Assembly: GCA_951406725.2 (NCBI GenBank)
Contig: OX597831.1
Location: 59,334,001 to 59,398,000, forward strand
From: Octopus vulgaris
Taxonomy: Eukaryota
Direction of reading: 5' to 3'
Length of the DNA: 64,000 nucleotides
Under the pieces are notes generated by a model. That model saw only the letters and a program-made list of their open reading frames with translations. It searched no databases and was not told where the DNA came from. The position numbers and the translations under genes are program-made. This document shows, piece by piece, positions 1-13,440 of the stretch. The first letter of the stretch is position 1. Every line of letters starts with the position of its first letter.

Positions 1-189
1 AAGATGCGTATAAAACTGTTTGAAGAGTGGCTCCTCATCAAATTCCTCTCAAATTAAACTTTTGATTATATTTTGAAATACGATGTCAATTCACACCTTA
101 CCTATTTGTATATTCTTATATTTTTTTATTCTTTTCTACGTTTTAGCCCAAGGATATAGTCATGCTGCAGCACCGCCACTGTGATTTCA

Positions 190-840
190 TTTTCAATGGC
201 CGGGGAGTGAGTTCAACATTGCCACCTTCTTTTGAGTTACCTCTTTCGATATTAGTTCCCCTGTGACATTGGACAGCGAGAGGTCAAGTTCTTTCAGGAA
301 AACATCTACTGCTCCAGTAAGATGCCTCAGATATTTTGGCAAATCCTTGAACAGCTGTGGGCTCTTGAATCCCAAGTTATTGTAATATATGGTCCTCACT
401 CTAGACATTTCGAACAGTAGAGATTCGGGGGCTGGTATTGCTCTGGATACCAAAGTTCGATGCCAATCCCTCTGGGATCTGCCATATATATATCACTGCT
501 ACCCTTCCCGTCTTCGCTCCAGGGAGTAGAGTCGTAGCTCTTTAAGTCTCTCCCAATAGCTCAGCTGTTTCGATGATGCAAACTTCCTGGCGTATCACTG
601 CTTAACTGTCTCACATTCTGCTATTAATTGAATAGTCGAGAGCAGTAGTCCAGATGGCTGAGAGGATGGTCCTCCATAGAACCAGAAAGGTTTCCTGGTC
701 CTTTGTATTGATGGTTCTCAGAATCCGACTGGCTCATCTTGGTAATATGCACGTGAAACAAAGCATCGTGGCTCATATCTATCCACAGATAACGCACTGT
801 ATGTGACCCTGAAATTGCCGCACCTTTTGGTCCAAATTGT
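190..840 (-). mobile_element. Decayed CR1/L2-type LINE, RT C-terminal fragment
   Basis: Minus-strand translation contains LKELRLYSLERRR and ...FKDLPKYLR...VDVFLKELDLSL; homologous to the better-preserved copy at 29955-30660. Confidence 0.75.
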
Positions 841-849
841 TGCGGTTAT

Positions 850-1091
850 GGGGACGTGACCACACACCAGCATCGGTTGTCAAGCTATTTTAGGGGACAA
901 ACACAGACACACAAACACAAACATACATACATTCGACCGGCTCCTTTCAGTTTCCGTCTACCAAATCCACTCAAAAGGCTTTGGTTTGCCCGAAGCTAAA
1001 TTAGAAGACACTTGCCCTAGGTGCCACGCAGTGGCACTGAACCCGGAACCATGTGGTTGATGAGCAAGCTACTTACCACATAGCCACTCCT
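850..1091 (-). mobile_element. tRNA-derived SINE family A (5' part)
   Basis: Reverse complement of GGAGTGGCT.TGTGGTAAGTAGCTTGCT...GGTTCCGGGTTCAGT.CCACTGCGTGGCACC.AGGGCAAGTGTCTTC; same family as 38631-39043 and 44955-46405. Confidence 0.85.
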
Positions 1092-2377
1092 GGTAACATT
1101 TTCTGAACTAAATTTATGCTGCCAATTTTCTCTTGGTATTTTGATCATACTAGCATAATTTCGAGTTCATAAAAGACCAAAAATCTTCCCTCCTAGACAT
1201 ATTATCACTGAACAAATGTGGTGAAGTAAGAGAAAATTAATTCTACAAATTCCCTTGAAATTCTATATACAATTTATTTCATTTATATATTTTACTACCT
1301 ATCTTACTTGTCGTAGTTCCATCTGAGAGGGTATTAATCCTTTACCGTAATTCCTTCCGTTCAGATCTCAGGTGTGGCGGCGGATTTTCTTCATCGATTT
1401 CTAAACTACTCAGTTGTATCATGCGTTGGTCATGAAGAATCAATATTGTCCCACTTTATCGTGACAATCTGCTGCCCATTATTAGGTTTATGTCATAAGA
1501 TTTTCTCAAATTCTGTTTTTGTTTGTCAGTTATTCTCATAATCATTTATTACATCAGCTTGTTTTGTAGTTGTAGAATTATTTGAAAGTAGAAACGATTG
1601 TTTCGTAGCTATGTGAATTAGCTTTCCATTGTTCGCTAGATATATTAATAGCCCATTTTATTATTATGTATATTATTATACGTATTTGTATTTCAGTAAT
1701 CTTAAAATTGCGTGGTTTGATTGTATAACTAAGTTTGGTTAGGCGTATCTTATATTTGTGTGGTTTCTGTTTCTTTTATATTTTTGTCATTTTATTACTT
1801 GCTTATGCCTAGAAGACACATAAATAATTACATCTATAGACACTAGATTTTAAACTAATGTCTATAGAAATAATTATTTATGTGTCTATATCTGCTTTTG
1901 TTTTATTATTCCCAACACACATCAAAATAAGTTAATTGTTTATATTTTACCTCTTGAAAGTCTGGATGTTTCTGTATTTGTTTGCATAGGAGGGGATTTT
2001 TACCATTTTATTACAATGTATTATTTAATATATCAGTGATTATATATTTTATATAATATCACCATTCTCATTGTTCTTTACAATAACATTGCAGACAAAC
2101 GTTGTATTTATTTTCTATCGTTTTTGCCTAGTATAACACCTCATGCGCGTAGGTTCATTCACCTCTGTATGTGATAAATATACGATAGTTCTCCTTTAGG
2201 ATTGCACCTACTGAATACATAATGTGAGTAGAACAAGTAGTAATATAATTATCTCTAACGTCCGTAGGAGCACTTAATATTTATCGGGCATAAACTTCAC
2301 GTGAAAATGAAAAGTTATTCTTCCTTACATTTTTCTCTTATACCAAATTTGCCACACTTTTATAGCTGCATCATACT

Positions 2378-2484
2378 CTTCTTCTTCTTCTTCTTCTTCT
2401 TCTTCTTCTTCTTCTTCTTCTTCTTCTTCTTCTTCTTCTTCTTCTTTTTCTTCTTCTTTTTCTTCTTTTTCTTCTTCTTCTCAT

Positions 2485-2572
<88 letters not shown>

Positions 2573-2597
2573 GCTACTACTGCTACTGCTACTGTTG

Positions 2598-2654
<57 letters not shown>

Positions 2655-2680
2655 TTATTATTATTGTTATTATTATTACC
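2378..2680. repeat. Compound microsatellite (TTC)n(TAC)n(TAT)n
   Basis: Seen directly; explains the poly-F/L/V/R ORFs. Confidence 0.97.
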
Positions 2681-2689
2681 TCTGCCTTA

Positions 2690-5250
2690 GTGTACTCAGT
2701 TCGGAGTATTTGGTGATTGTTTTCAAACTCTTTACTCACAACATTCATGTCATTTGGTATGGCTACATCAATGATCTCACAGTATTTGTCGCTCCCATTA
2801 AATATGAACGTATCTGCCGACGGTTTTCGATTACGCGATCCGTCTAAACATCACAGTCCCGGAGTATCGTTACTTTTCCATCCTCCTCCATAATTTACTT
2901 GGTACATGCTCATACCGGTTCTCTGTAACTTCATATTGGTGTTTTCAGCATACGAGCCAATGTACTCTTTTTGTGCAAGTCTCTCATACCCTATTAGTAA
3001 GTGGGTCGAATTTTCCGGACTTTATGCACAGAATCTGCATTTCTGGGTATCTGGATTGGTAGCGAAAGCCCGTCTTGTGCAGCTTCGCTTCAAATCCCCT
3101 CGCTCAAGCTATGTCCACGATGCTGTATTACCCTTAATGTCTTATGAATTTCTTTCTAACTATCAAACCGCTTCTATGCACTTTATTCTACGTAAATCAA
3201 TACTGCGCAGTCTTGTAATCCAAATTCTATTCAAATATCTTTAGAAATATTCAAATACTATTTACTAGACTATCCAAATTCTCATTTTTCGCGAACAGTT
3301 TAAAACCATCCACGTAAATAACAATATTCTTCTCTCTAATGCGTCTTCCCATGCACAGGTCGCCTTTTCCTTCGGTGATATCGCAGAGTGTGTTAAAAGA
3401 TCTTTGACGATTAAAGCAGTGACACAAAATATTTCTAGTTTCATTTTAACTTTCCCAATGATTGTGTATTAGCAACTGCTTCGCTGTTACATTATCTTAT
3501 GTTTCCACAGCTTTGTGCTTTAATGTTATCTGCCCCCCCCCATAGATATTGATATTTGTTCTACTCTAGTTATTTGCAGTGTATGCTCAAATTTATCAAT
3601 TCTCTTTTACAGTTCTTTCTTACCATTATCACTTCAATATTTGGTCGTTACTATCCTTGGTGTCCTTCTTGCATCCTCTTTGTTTCCACTACCAACATTC
3701 CTTTGTCTTCAAGTTAGTCGTATAGCAATTACACACATATAACCGTGAGAAGCGTCCATGTTCAGGAGAAACAAATTATCGGATCAAAGTTAGAATCTAT
3801 GCATACCTTATCGCTATGCTTAACACACACAAAACATTAGTCATCCAAAGTGGCAAAATCCCTTGTTCTTGTATAGTCTTTAGCATATTTGAGATTCTAT
3901 CACGTGAAAATCAAAAACTCTTCAGTCAAAATCCTTGAACAACACCTGGCCATTGTTTATTCCAATTTGACATTTCTTTCACATTTACTCTCCCAATAGA
4001 TAGTCATCCCTATTTCCTTACATCCTCCATTTACTCTACCAACTTTTTAATCATTTTGAGATATTGTCAGGTTCAACTGGCGGATTCCAAATTCCAGTTA
4101 AAAATTCTCTTTCTTTCGGCGTTCAGAATCGCTGCTTCATTTATCTTACTCCTCTCCATATAACATCTATTCAGTCATTTCCATTCTTTACTAGCATCGT
4201 GCCTTTCCAATGTTCCATTATCTCAACTTCTTATGCACCATGTCAAGACCTTTGTGTCGTGTTATGATTCTCATTTGAAATTTTCTTTAAGTGCTTCATC
4301 GTGTAAATAATTTTCAACCTCTTGCTTCTTATCAAAGTCTATAAATAATTTGTTGAGCATAAAACAAATTATTTGTCTTCATAGAGGTTCCTTATGATTT
4401 CTATTATTTCCTTGCTTAAACTCTACAGCTTCCGCTACAATACTTGCTGTAGTGTGTATCAATGCATTTGCCTCGGATATATTCTTGGATCCCTAGGTAA
4501 TCTATTATTCAAGCCATTTGCTATTCGTGTTTCAAGTGTAACCTGGTTCCTCTCTATGTATCTGAAATTTGGCGGAATTTCGCAATGTCCTCTGGTATAT
4601 TTGTTTGCACTGAAAATTCTGTAAAAACTATTTTTCTTCGTAGAACATTGCTACTTGTGTTTTCCTAACTGTTCTGTTTCCATCTGTCTTTTGAGTCAAT
4701 GGTAATTCTTCAGCAACTGCTTCCAAGAATTCTATTTTCATCAATCTCTTCAACTAATTCTTTTCTGGGCCATTGAAAATTTTCCTTTTGATCTCCTCAA
4801 TTTCAATTTCAGTCATTTGATTTAATTACAATATACTGGACAAACAGCCTTTCATCAGTGACCTCGGAAAGGCATTTTTTGGCATTTATAATTGCTTCAT
4901 CCCATATCCGTAAAAAACATTCATGCCAATCATATTGACTTCCGTTTTCCGTTTCTTTCTAAATTCGTTCCGGCCTATAAATAGACATCAAGCTCACCAT
5001 TTCAATTCATACCGGAGAAAGGACCTTCAGAGTTATTTTTCCCAATCCCCAATCCCATTTACATCATTATTTGTTTCAAACCTAATCAAAATTGTCATGA
5101 TATTTTTGGTCTGATACTGTATTTTTTTTCCATTTAGTGCTTTTTATAGGAACACAATCACTAGGAAGATTATCGAAACAAGAACTCACCCTACCCATCC
5201 CATATGAGAAATATTTCTCACTGGACATCAAACCAGATTGTTTCTAATAT
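2690..5250 (-). mobile_element. Highly decayed R4/Dong-like (restriction-like endonuclease) LINE
   Basis: Frameshifted minus-strand remnants: CRFC..PEN.THL..G.ERLAQKEY (CCHC knuckle, ~2960-3050), IL.D.D..TDRVIE.RR.D.FIF....CEIIDVAIPND (RLE, ~2750-2880) and KEFE.ITKYSEL. The 5' extent is approximate. Confidence 0.7.
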
Positions 5251-5424
5251 ATACATTTGGGTTCATTTCAGAGCTTTCCTTCCCTTAGCAGGGTTACTTT
5301 CACTGCGGCTTTGCAACAATGGGAGACATTTACTGTTGAATAATGTTTGATTCAAATGGGTTCATAAGTCACCGACGATTCGACTGGGCGGCACATTGTA
5401 CCTGATTGCATATTAGCAATAACA

Positions 5425-5545
5425 TTTAAGAGCATTTCGTCCGTCTTTACATTCCGAGGTGAAATTCCGGCGAGGTCGATTTTGGCTCTCATCATTTCGG
5501 TGACGCTAAAATAAGAGCCAGTTGAGCAATGGACTTAGATTCTCC
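5425..5545 (+). mobile_element. Degenerate SINE family B fragment
   Basis: GAAATTCCGGCGAGGTCGATTTTGGCTCTCATCATTTCGG matches 40155-40368. Confidence 0.65.
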
Positions 5546-5954
5546 CCCGAAATTTTCATCACCATCATCATCATTTCAACGCATTATTGTTATCCTCCTC
5601 CTCCTCCTCCTCATCATCATCATCATTTGATAATTTCAGATGAAAATTTCCACACCTTCATCTGCTACAACACCGTGTTGCTGAGGTGTGTGCAGCATTA
5701 TTTGTTCTTGTTTTTATTTTCCTGTTGTGCGAATACAAACACTTCTCGGTATTGTATTGATTCAGTTTGTTTTGTTATAGGGCTTGGCTACAGTCTTTTG
5801 TTGAATTAGTGCTTGTATTGTGCGATGTTCTTTTAGGTATTCGACACGTAGAGTACACGTTGTGAAGGTTGTGTATTTTTTTCGATATTTACTGTATACA
5901 ATGCGTTCGTGTTTGCGGATTATTTTATTTTGTTTGTACTAAAAAATTGACGGT

Positions 5955-6240
5955 AACTTGCGTAGAATGTGAGCCGTTCTAGAAGGGCTATTTTTGGAAA
6001 GTTTGTAGTGCTGAGGGTCCCGGTATAGCTACTATGTATTTGTTCATATGTCTTTTTTCTCATACCTGATGCTCCAGTTATTATGGTATTGTTTTAAATT
6101 TCATACCCCACTTCTTGAATACTCCAATTTCGAAATCATTTTACTTTTTCTCGACTTCTTTTAGGTAAAATTTTTGTTAGAAAATACTGTAATATCTATC
6201 CATAAGACAGTGATTTCTTATGGAAGATGATATGACACAT
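5955..6240 (-). mobile_element. R4/Dong-like LINE C-terminal (RLE) fragment
   Basis: Minus strand gives CLWIDITV...KEVEKK...KWGMKFKTIP.ITGASG...IPG...QK.ALL.TAHILRK, the typical end of an R4/Dong ORF. Confidence 0.7.
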
Positions 6241-6890
6241 ATCTTATCTCCTCTAGAGAAATTCTTAGTACAACGTAATTATTGGTATGAAATGCTTACC
6301 TGCTACTATATAAAATGTTCTTTATAATTATAGCACTTGTTCTCTTTAATATAAATGTATTGAGGATACTAAAATATTTTCTTGTAAGTAATATAAAATC
6401 AGTTTTTATGACGACAATATTAATAGCTATACTTCCATCAAATCCGAACATGGATGTTGAATATTTTTATAGAAAAAGTTCTTTGTAAGAATATGGATTG
6501 AATTTTACTTCTAGTAAAGTTTTGGATTGTTAGATGAATGAACAATATATTGATTTTTGAGACCGCAAGAAGCATTGCATTTAGGGACATGGAATTAATC
6601 GATTAAATCGAATATATTACATGACAAGTAATTAAATTAATTGACCTCAGAAAGATGAAACGAAAATAACGATATTCATCGAGTGGTGGGATTTATTATT
6701 TTTAATAGAATTTTTCACTGGCGATTAGCAACAGCCTAGCCTTGGTGGAGGTGACATGTAATCTAACATGTTTCAGCTAGGATAATACGTATAGTTCAAC
6801 TATATTAAGTTCTTAAAAGAACGGATGCGGAGATGTATGATGTAATGTTTTTCATCGCAAACAGAATAACAATGTGAGAGTTTTTCTCAT

Positions 6891-8018
6891 TGCCTTGCTC
6901 AACACAGTAAATTCATAGGCGATATTAATGTTGTAGAGTGTTATATAACACACGTTTTCAACCTGCTATCAAGGATGCTCTTTTGGTAGAACAGTATATA
7001 TAGATATGAGACGTACTGAACTATTTCCAAAGTACCTTATCAAAATGTACAGAAAGCGGGGGAGAGAAACTACATGGTCAGAGTAATTTCTAATTTATCG
7101 AAAACTTTACTGTTTTTCTTTACTTTTATTCAGTTTTTATTGAAATTAATTTTTTCAATACTATAGAAACATTTCGTGCTGTTTAAAAAAATCATCATCT
7201 CATCAAAAATATTCTTTACATCTACGTATATTCATACCGGCATATTGATGTTTCACCATAATGTATCAAAATATGCCTTCCGTATATTAGATTGGCTGTT
7301 ACCTGATAATTATCATGCATTTCAATTATATTTAAATATAATTCAACGTCTAAAAATTACTCTGGATCTACAGAACATTTTGTCGGACCTCAACACGATA
7401 TTTGACGTGTCAAAGGACTTATATAATAGAGTATTCAGAATTCAGTGACCGATACACACACTCTCAGACAAACGTTCACGCACACACACCAACACACACA
7501 AACACACACACACAAACGCTATTAGTAAGTTGGCTTTTTATATATTCATTTCCTCGGCGTCACAAGTGTGTATGGATGATGTACTGTGGTTCTTGAGTCG
7601 TTTGGACTCTTACTTCTAGTAATGCCTTATACTATATTGTACACTGATTATACATATATATAAATTAATAATTTTACTTTTTTGTTATTTCATGCTGCCT
7701 TGCTCAACACAGTAAATTCATAGGCGATATTAATGTTGTAGAGTGTTATATAACACACGTTTTCAACCTGCTATCAAGGATGCTCTTTTGGTAGAACAGT
7801 ATATATAGATATGAGACGTACTGAACTATTTCCAAAGTACCTTATCAAAATGTACAGAAAGCGGGGCAGAGCAACTACATGGTTAGAGTAATTTCTAATT
7901 TATCGAAATCTTTACTGCCTTTCTTTTCTTTCATTCAGTTTTTATTGAAATTAATTTTTTCAATACTATAGAAACATTTCGTGCTGTTTAAAAAAATCAT
8001 TATCCCATCAAAAATATT
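6891..8018 (+). repeat. Direct duplication of ~323 bp (6891-7213 and 7696-8018)
   Basis: Near-identical copies 805 bp apart, starting TGCCTTGCTCAACACAG and ending CATCAAAAATATT. Confidence 0.95.
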
Positions 8019-8269
8019 ATTTTTTATTAATAATAATATCCTGATATACCTAATATATAATACTTTTAATTATTCTGACTTATCTCCTCTCTCCTTGCAT
8101 CTCTTTTTTCGCTTTCATCACTATATTTCAATATATTTACGTATACATATATGTTTTAAGATGTTTCTCTCAACTTCTAGAAACTTTCTTTAAAATCTGT
8201 TATATTCCGTATATATTTTTCATATATATATATTTATAGATATAAAAAATTATGTACCAAGCTTACAAT

Positions 8270-8360
8270 AAATAAATCCAGTGGTTGATTTCTTTGAATA
8301 AAACGCGGAGCTCCAAACTAGCCACAGTCAAAATGACTGAAACAAGTAAAAGTATAAAAG
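8270..8360 (+). mobile_element. SINE family A 3' tail fragment
   Basis: GCTCCAAACTAGCCACAGTCAAAATGACTGAAACAAGTAAAAG. Confidence 0.7.
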
Positions 8361-8384
8361 GACACACACACACATGCAAATATA

Positions 8385-8418
8385 TTGACGAACGGGAACG
8401 TGGAACTCTGAGTAACAG
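8385..8418 (+). ncRNA. Degenerate hammerhead remnant (same family as 44860-44896)
   Basis: TTGACGA ACGGGAACGT GGAA CTCTGAG TA ACAG; GAAA is mutated to GGAA and the 5' strand of stem I is lost. Confidence 0.5.
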
Positions 8419-8713
8419 TTATTGTGATATCTACTGCTTATTAAATAAGGTATATATATAAATATATATATATAAATATATATATAATTACAAATAAGGG
8501 TGAAAAATTGGATATTAAATTAATAATACCATCAATTCAACACCAAGTGGCTTAGCGCATAAAAACCAGGGATACAATAAAATACGTTAAATGTTGTGTT
8601 GATTCTCCTTGGAAACAATTTTTTAGTGGCTAATACCATAGCGGATTTATTTTTAGCGCTAGAGTTGACCATATAGTGGTCACTCTCTTTTATTTATGTT
8701 ATTATATATATAA

Positions 8714-9150
8714 ATATATATTGAAAGATACAGACAAGGAAATAATTTTATTCTCAAGCGCAGGACAGTGTTAATAAAGTGGCATGAACAGGATATACTA
8801 TCCATATTTTGGAGATAAATCGGTCGGCATCCTGCTATGGGACTCGAACCCACATTTCTGTGATTACGCATCTAGTGCTTTACTATTAAGTTAAACCGAC
8901 TCAACGACAAATTTAGGATATACAAATAATCTAGCAGAAGAATTTGCAGAAGAATTTGTTGTCGGGTCAATTTACCTTAATAGTAAAGCAGTAGAGGCGT
9001 AATCACAGGGATGTGTGTTCGAGTCTCATGGTTGACTGCCGACAGATGTTTCTGCAGAATATAGTTAGTTTACCCTGTCCATGCTGTATTATTAACATCA
9101 TCCTGCGTTTGAAAAAAAATTATTTCCTTATCTGTATCTTTCAATACATC
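8714..9150. mobile_element. Head-to-head inverted pair of tRNA-derived elements
   Basis: 8714-8913 (-) and 8952-9150 (+) are diverged reverse complements; each has a tRNA-like head (TTAATAGTAAAGCA...GCGTAATC...GTTCGAGTC). Confidence 0.75.
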
Positions 9151-9224
9151 TCGACGCTTCTAAAGCAAACTTTGCTTTTTGACCTTCAATGTAAATTGAA
9201 TTATATATATATATATATATGTGT

Positions 9225-9268
<44 letters not shown>

Positions 9269-9274
9269 ATAAAT

Positions 9275-9920
9275 ATAAAGGACGTGATGATAATCTGCTG
9301 TCTAAACTCCGTAGAAATGAAAATGATATTGACATCTCATTTTAAGAGATATACTTACGCAAATTACATAAAGATATCTTGAAATACTAAAGAGTAAACT
9401 TATTCAATAAGATCGCCATTGGCTTCATCCACAGCCTCCAGACGACCTCAGAATCTCTTGCTGCTCTTCTAGACAGTCTCCTTGTTTAAGTTGATGGATG
9501 CTGCTATAATCCTTGCCTTCAGATCATCGTTGGTGTTACTAGGAGTTTATGCGCCCCACACATAATAATGAAGATGATTGAAGTCTGTGGAGTTAAGTGG
9601 ACAGATGTTGGGGTGATGATGTGGCCGCATAAATTTTATGGCAGTCATGACTGGGTTCTCCTGCTTGCGTGGCATGGTGCAGGGTCCTCTTGCCAGACAT
9701 AGGCTCGCCCATCGGAGCTTCTGGCGCGGATGCCAAGCAATACGGCAGGTTTTTTCCAAATTTCTGGTCGAGTAAATTGCTGCGCGGTGCAGTGTTTCTC
9801 ACAGACGGTGCCCAGCTGATCCTACTATACTGTGTGGTCAGCAAAATCAAAGGCGAACAATGCGTATATGCGAAATTAAAAATATAAAATTGTGACAATT
9901 TGCCCGTCGCACCCTGTATA
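9275..9920 (-). mobile_element. Internally deleted Tc1/mariner-superfamily (DD37D/maT-like) DNA transposon
   Basis: ICPLNSTDFNHLHYYVWGA resembles WPPNSPDLNPLDYYVWG; C-terminus RLEAVDEANGDLIE*; right end reads TA-CAGGGTG on the minus strand. Confidence 0.75.
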
Positions 9921-11588
9921 TGTGTATATATATGTATATATACGTATCCATAACTTTTTCTATCGATAGTTATATTTCTTCATAAATACCTATCATATAA
10001 AAATGTGTATGTGTGTGTGTGTGGAGAGAGATAGAGAAGAGAGAGATAGACTGAGAAAGAGAGAGAGAGGGAGAGAGATCGATAGACATCAATAATACGA
10101 AATACTCATTATTTTTACCCATTTAAAAGTTTCTTGTGAAGTTGTTCCCTTTAAATTTAATTAGCTATGTTTTTTCATGTCATTTCCTTTTCAGGATGCT
10201 ATCATGCGATAAAATTTTCAGCTCGCTTCACAATTATTGTAACATTGATATCTTCAATATTTCTCAATAAAGAGTAGCTTCAAGTAGATGAGTTTGCTGA
10301 TACTTAGAAATATGTCACATGTATGAGACATATATTACTCTACATATCAGCTTATATGTCATCTTCCGTTACATTTTTAATGATTTATGTTAGCATTCAA
10401 AGAATCAGCTGTCATATATTTCTTTTAGCAATATATTTTCTAAATCGAGTCTGTACTTTAAATATTACCACAGCAGATGTTGCAAGAATTTATTTTATAG
10501 CCTGTTCTCCCACATTACTTCCAATTAAACCATAGTAATAACTATTGACTTCAAAGGCATCACCACCAATATTAACTTCGGGCAATCATATGCTCAGGCA
10601 TATTTTCTTAATATTAAAACTTATGTACACCATTACATATTGTTTTATTTGAGAAATATGTTATTCTATAGTATACAATTTCATTTCGTTATGCAATATT
10701 GGCTTTCAAAACGTGTTATTTGACATATTGTTGTCTTATGACTTCCTATAGACACATCTGACATGTTACAATCGACAATAATGCATCGATGTAAAAGAGT
10801 TCTCTTCGTGATATTATTCATGAGAAACATTTACTGGCAAACAATATGTATTGTCTCCATTACTGACATTCTGTATGTTATTTCATCTTTTATCAACGCA
10901 TCACATAGTTTTTGATTTTATTCTTTATGTTAAGCAATGCAGTTATCGATTTTTTTTACCCAAAACATCAATAAAGCAATTTTGTTTCATGCACTTCTAA
11001 TGTACCCCTGACATGCAAACTATTTGTACTTTTTTCTTTTCTTTTCAGTTTAATATTGCGCTCGGCACATGAAAATTCAGAAGTAGAATCATTACATAAT
11101 TAGTTGAATATTCTAAGCTCAAATCCCACCAGGGTAGGGGGTGCCTATTATCATAGCACATAGGAAATGAGTACCCTGTATAATGACCTGTTAAATTGTT
11201 TAGCCTTACTCCTACAACCGCGAGGTCATGAGAGGCTATAAGAAATCTAGCATTGAGCTGTGAGAAACTTTATAAGCAGGAGTAAATGGAATTTTGTTTT
11301 TGGAAATATGTGATTACCCATTCATATTTCTAATCTTGACAAACAATTTTTATACGGACAAGAGAATGGTACTAAAATTCGGAATTGGTGCCTTACAACC
11401 AAGCAAGTTCTCTTCATTATTTATCATGATGATGATGATGATGATGATACTGATGATAAAAATTTCAAAATTCGGCGCATGATCTTAATTTATTCTCAGG
11501 TGAACATATATATAGACAGGAAATGGGCAGTATTGCCCATTGACCATGTGGAATTGCATTCGTATACTCTTCTTGTACAATTCGTTCC

Positions 11589-11643
<55 letters not shown>

Positions 11644-11868
11644 TCACGCATCACAAATTAACCAGTCAGATACATTTTGGTTGTAGGCTTTTATAGTCTG
11701 TGTGGAATGTGTTACATCTTTCAGTATCGGATGGTAATAGTGAGAAATAAATTTGCATCAGTTATATCAGTTTTATATATATTTGTAGGTGATAGCTTTG
11801 ACTATAGATTGTGTGTGTTGTTTTATTCTATTACGTTGCGATTGTGAATTGATATTTTGTAGAAATGT

Positions 11869-12078
11869 GTGGCAGAAACGTTAGCGCGCTGGACGAAATG
11901 CTTAGCGGTGTTTCGTCTGAGTTCAAATTCCGCCGAGGTCGACTGTGCTTTTCATCCTTTCGGGGTTGATAAATTAAGTACCAGTTACGCACTGGAGTCG
12001 GTGTAATGGACTTAATCCCTTTGTCTGTCCTTGTTTGTCCCCTCTATTTTTTACCCCCTTGTGGGCAATAAAGAAATG
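11869..12078 (+). mobile_element. tRNA-derived SINE family B
   Basis: GGCAGAAACGTTAGC...GAGTTCAAATTCCGCCGAGGTCGAC...CCTTGTGGGCAATAAAGAAAT; matches 40155-40368. Confidence 0.85.
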
Positions 12079-12881
12079 AGAAACTTGCTTGAACGGCGTA
12101 TGTGTTGAATATGGAACTGATTATTGAATTAAAAAGATCTTAAAGTTGTATCTAGAAGACGGCCTTGCTTTGTTAATCAACCTAGATTCTCATATAAATT
12201 CAGTGTCGCAAGTTCTTTATCCTGTATAGTTTTTCACACGCGTATACACTATAACTCATCCCTATTCATGTGAAAGAGTTACCATATTCCGTAGCAGACA
12301 TTACTGACGATACTATTTTATCACTAGGCATACTTGTCAACAACTGAGAAACCAGAATTGAGATGGTCAACTACCTCAGCATTTTGCTACGTAGCTTGCA
12401 TTTTGATATAATCTTATCTTTATAATATTTTGCTTTAGTGTCTTTTTGTTGTCTAGTATAAACTGACACTGGTCACATTCAGTTTGGTGTGTCTTCTATT
12501 GTCTTCTATTCGTATTAGTTTGGGTGTGGATACTTTTGAACATTGCTCGTCTTTCCAGTTTTTAAAGTTTAAACGTTCCAATTCATATAGTGTCCAGCTC
12601 CTTCGATTGAATCCGTAGTTGATATACGTTGCCCGATTCCATTTACTAATGTGTTCAAATTAAGTGATCTTATTCGTTATCAGTGCACATACGCGTGCGT
12701 TTCACAGATACCTTGTAGATATCCCCAGAAGTGAAAGGTTACGAATATGAGTCATTAGCAAACAATAAAAACATTTTCCAATATATGTATGTTTCTCCCT
12801 TCTTATCTATCAGGCAACCCATCTAGATAACTATCTTCCTACCTATCTCTTTCCTTACTCACTCTCTTCCTGCGTGTATGA

Positions 12882-12918
<37 letters not shown>

Positions 12919-12960
12919 TTTATGTATATGTATATATATGCATATATATATATATGTATG

Positions 12961-13037
<77 letters not shown>

Positions 13038-13046
13038 TTAGCGTTA

Positions 13047-13440
13047 AAATATGTGGAAAATATAAAATGTGGAAGAGAAACGCCTTTGTTTCATATAGTT
13101 TAATATCTTTTTATAAATATAAATATATTATATGGATGTAGTGAAATCCAATTTTTTGTTAGATAAATTTAGCTTTTCAAATGACATTGTACGGTAATCA
13201 GTTCTCGTGACAGAGGGGTTTCGTCATGTTGGATGTTTTTGATTACATCCAAACTGACGAAACCCCTCGGTGTCATGAGAATTGATTATAGTACAATGCC
13301 CCTTGAAAAGCTAATTTAAATAGCGAAAACCGGTGGGATTTCATGACATCCATCTAATATGTATATATTTACAAGAAGATACTAAACTATATGAAACGAA
13401 GGCATTTCTTTCCACTTTTTATATTTTTTTCACATAATTT
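13047..13440. repeat. ~190-bp-arm inverted repeat with a degenerate hammerhead (13296-13340)
   Basis: Arms meet near 13241 (GTTGGATG...CATCCAA). The right arm has ATGCCC CTTGAAA AGCTA..TAGC GAAA ACCGGT GGGAT. A (TA)n tract lies directly to the left. Confidence 0.8.

Noticed and set aside
4847-4873. Minus-strand CTGATGA in a small hairpin
   Set aside because: It lies inside a decayed LINE and has no stem II/GAAA arrangement.
8952-9035. Functional tRNA genes at SINE heads (also 40155, 44955, 46514)
   Set aside because: The cloverleafs are incomplete and run into repeat bodies, so they are tRNA-derived rather than tRNAs.
10190-10600. Possible exon (TTTCAG acceptor) or Ig-like IIKNVTEDD on the minus strand
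   Set aside because: The frames I read hit stops quickly and there is no further domain support.
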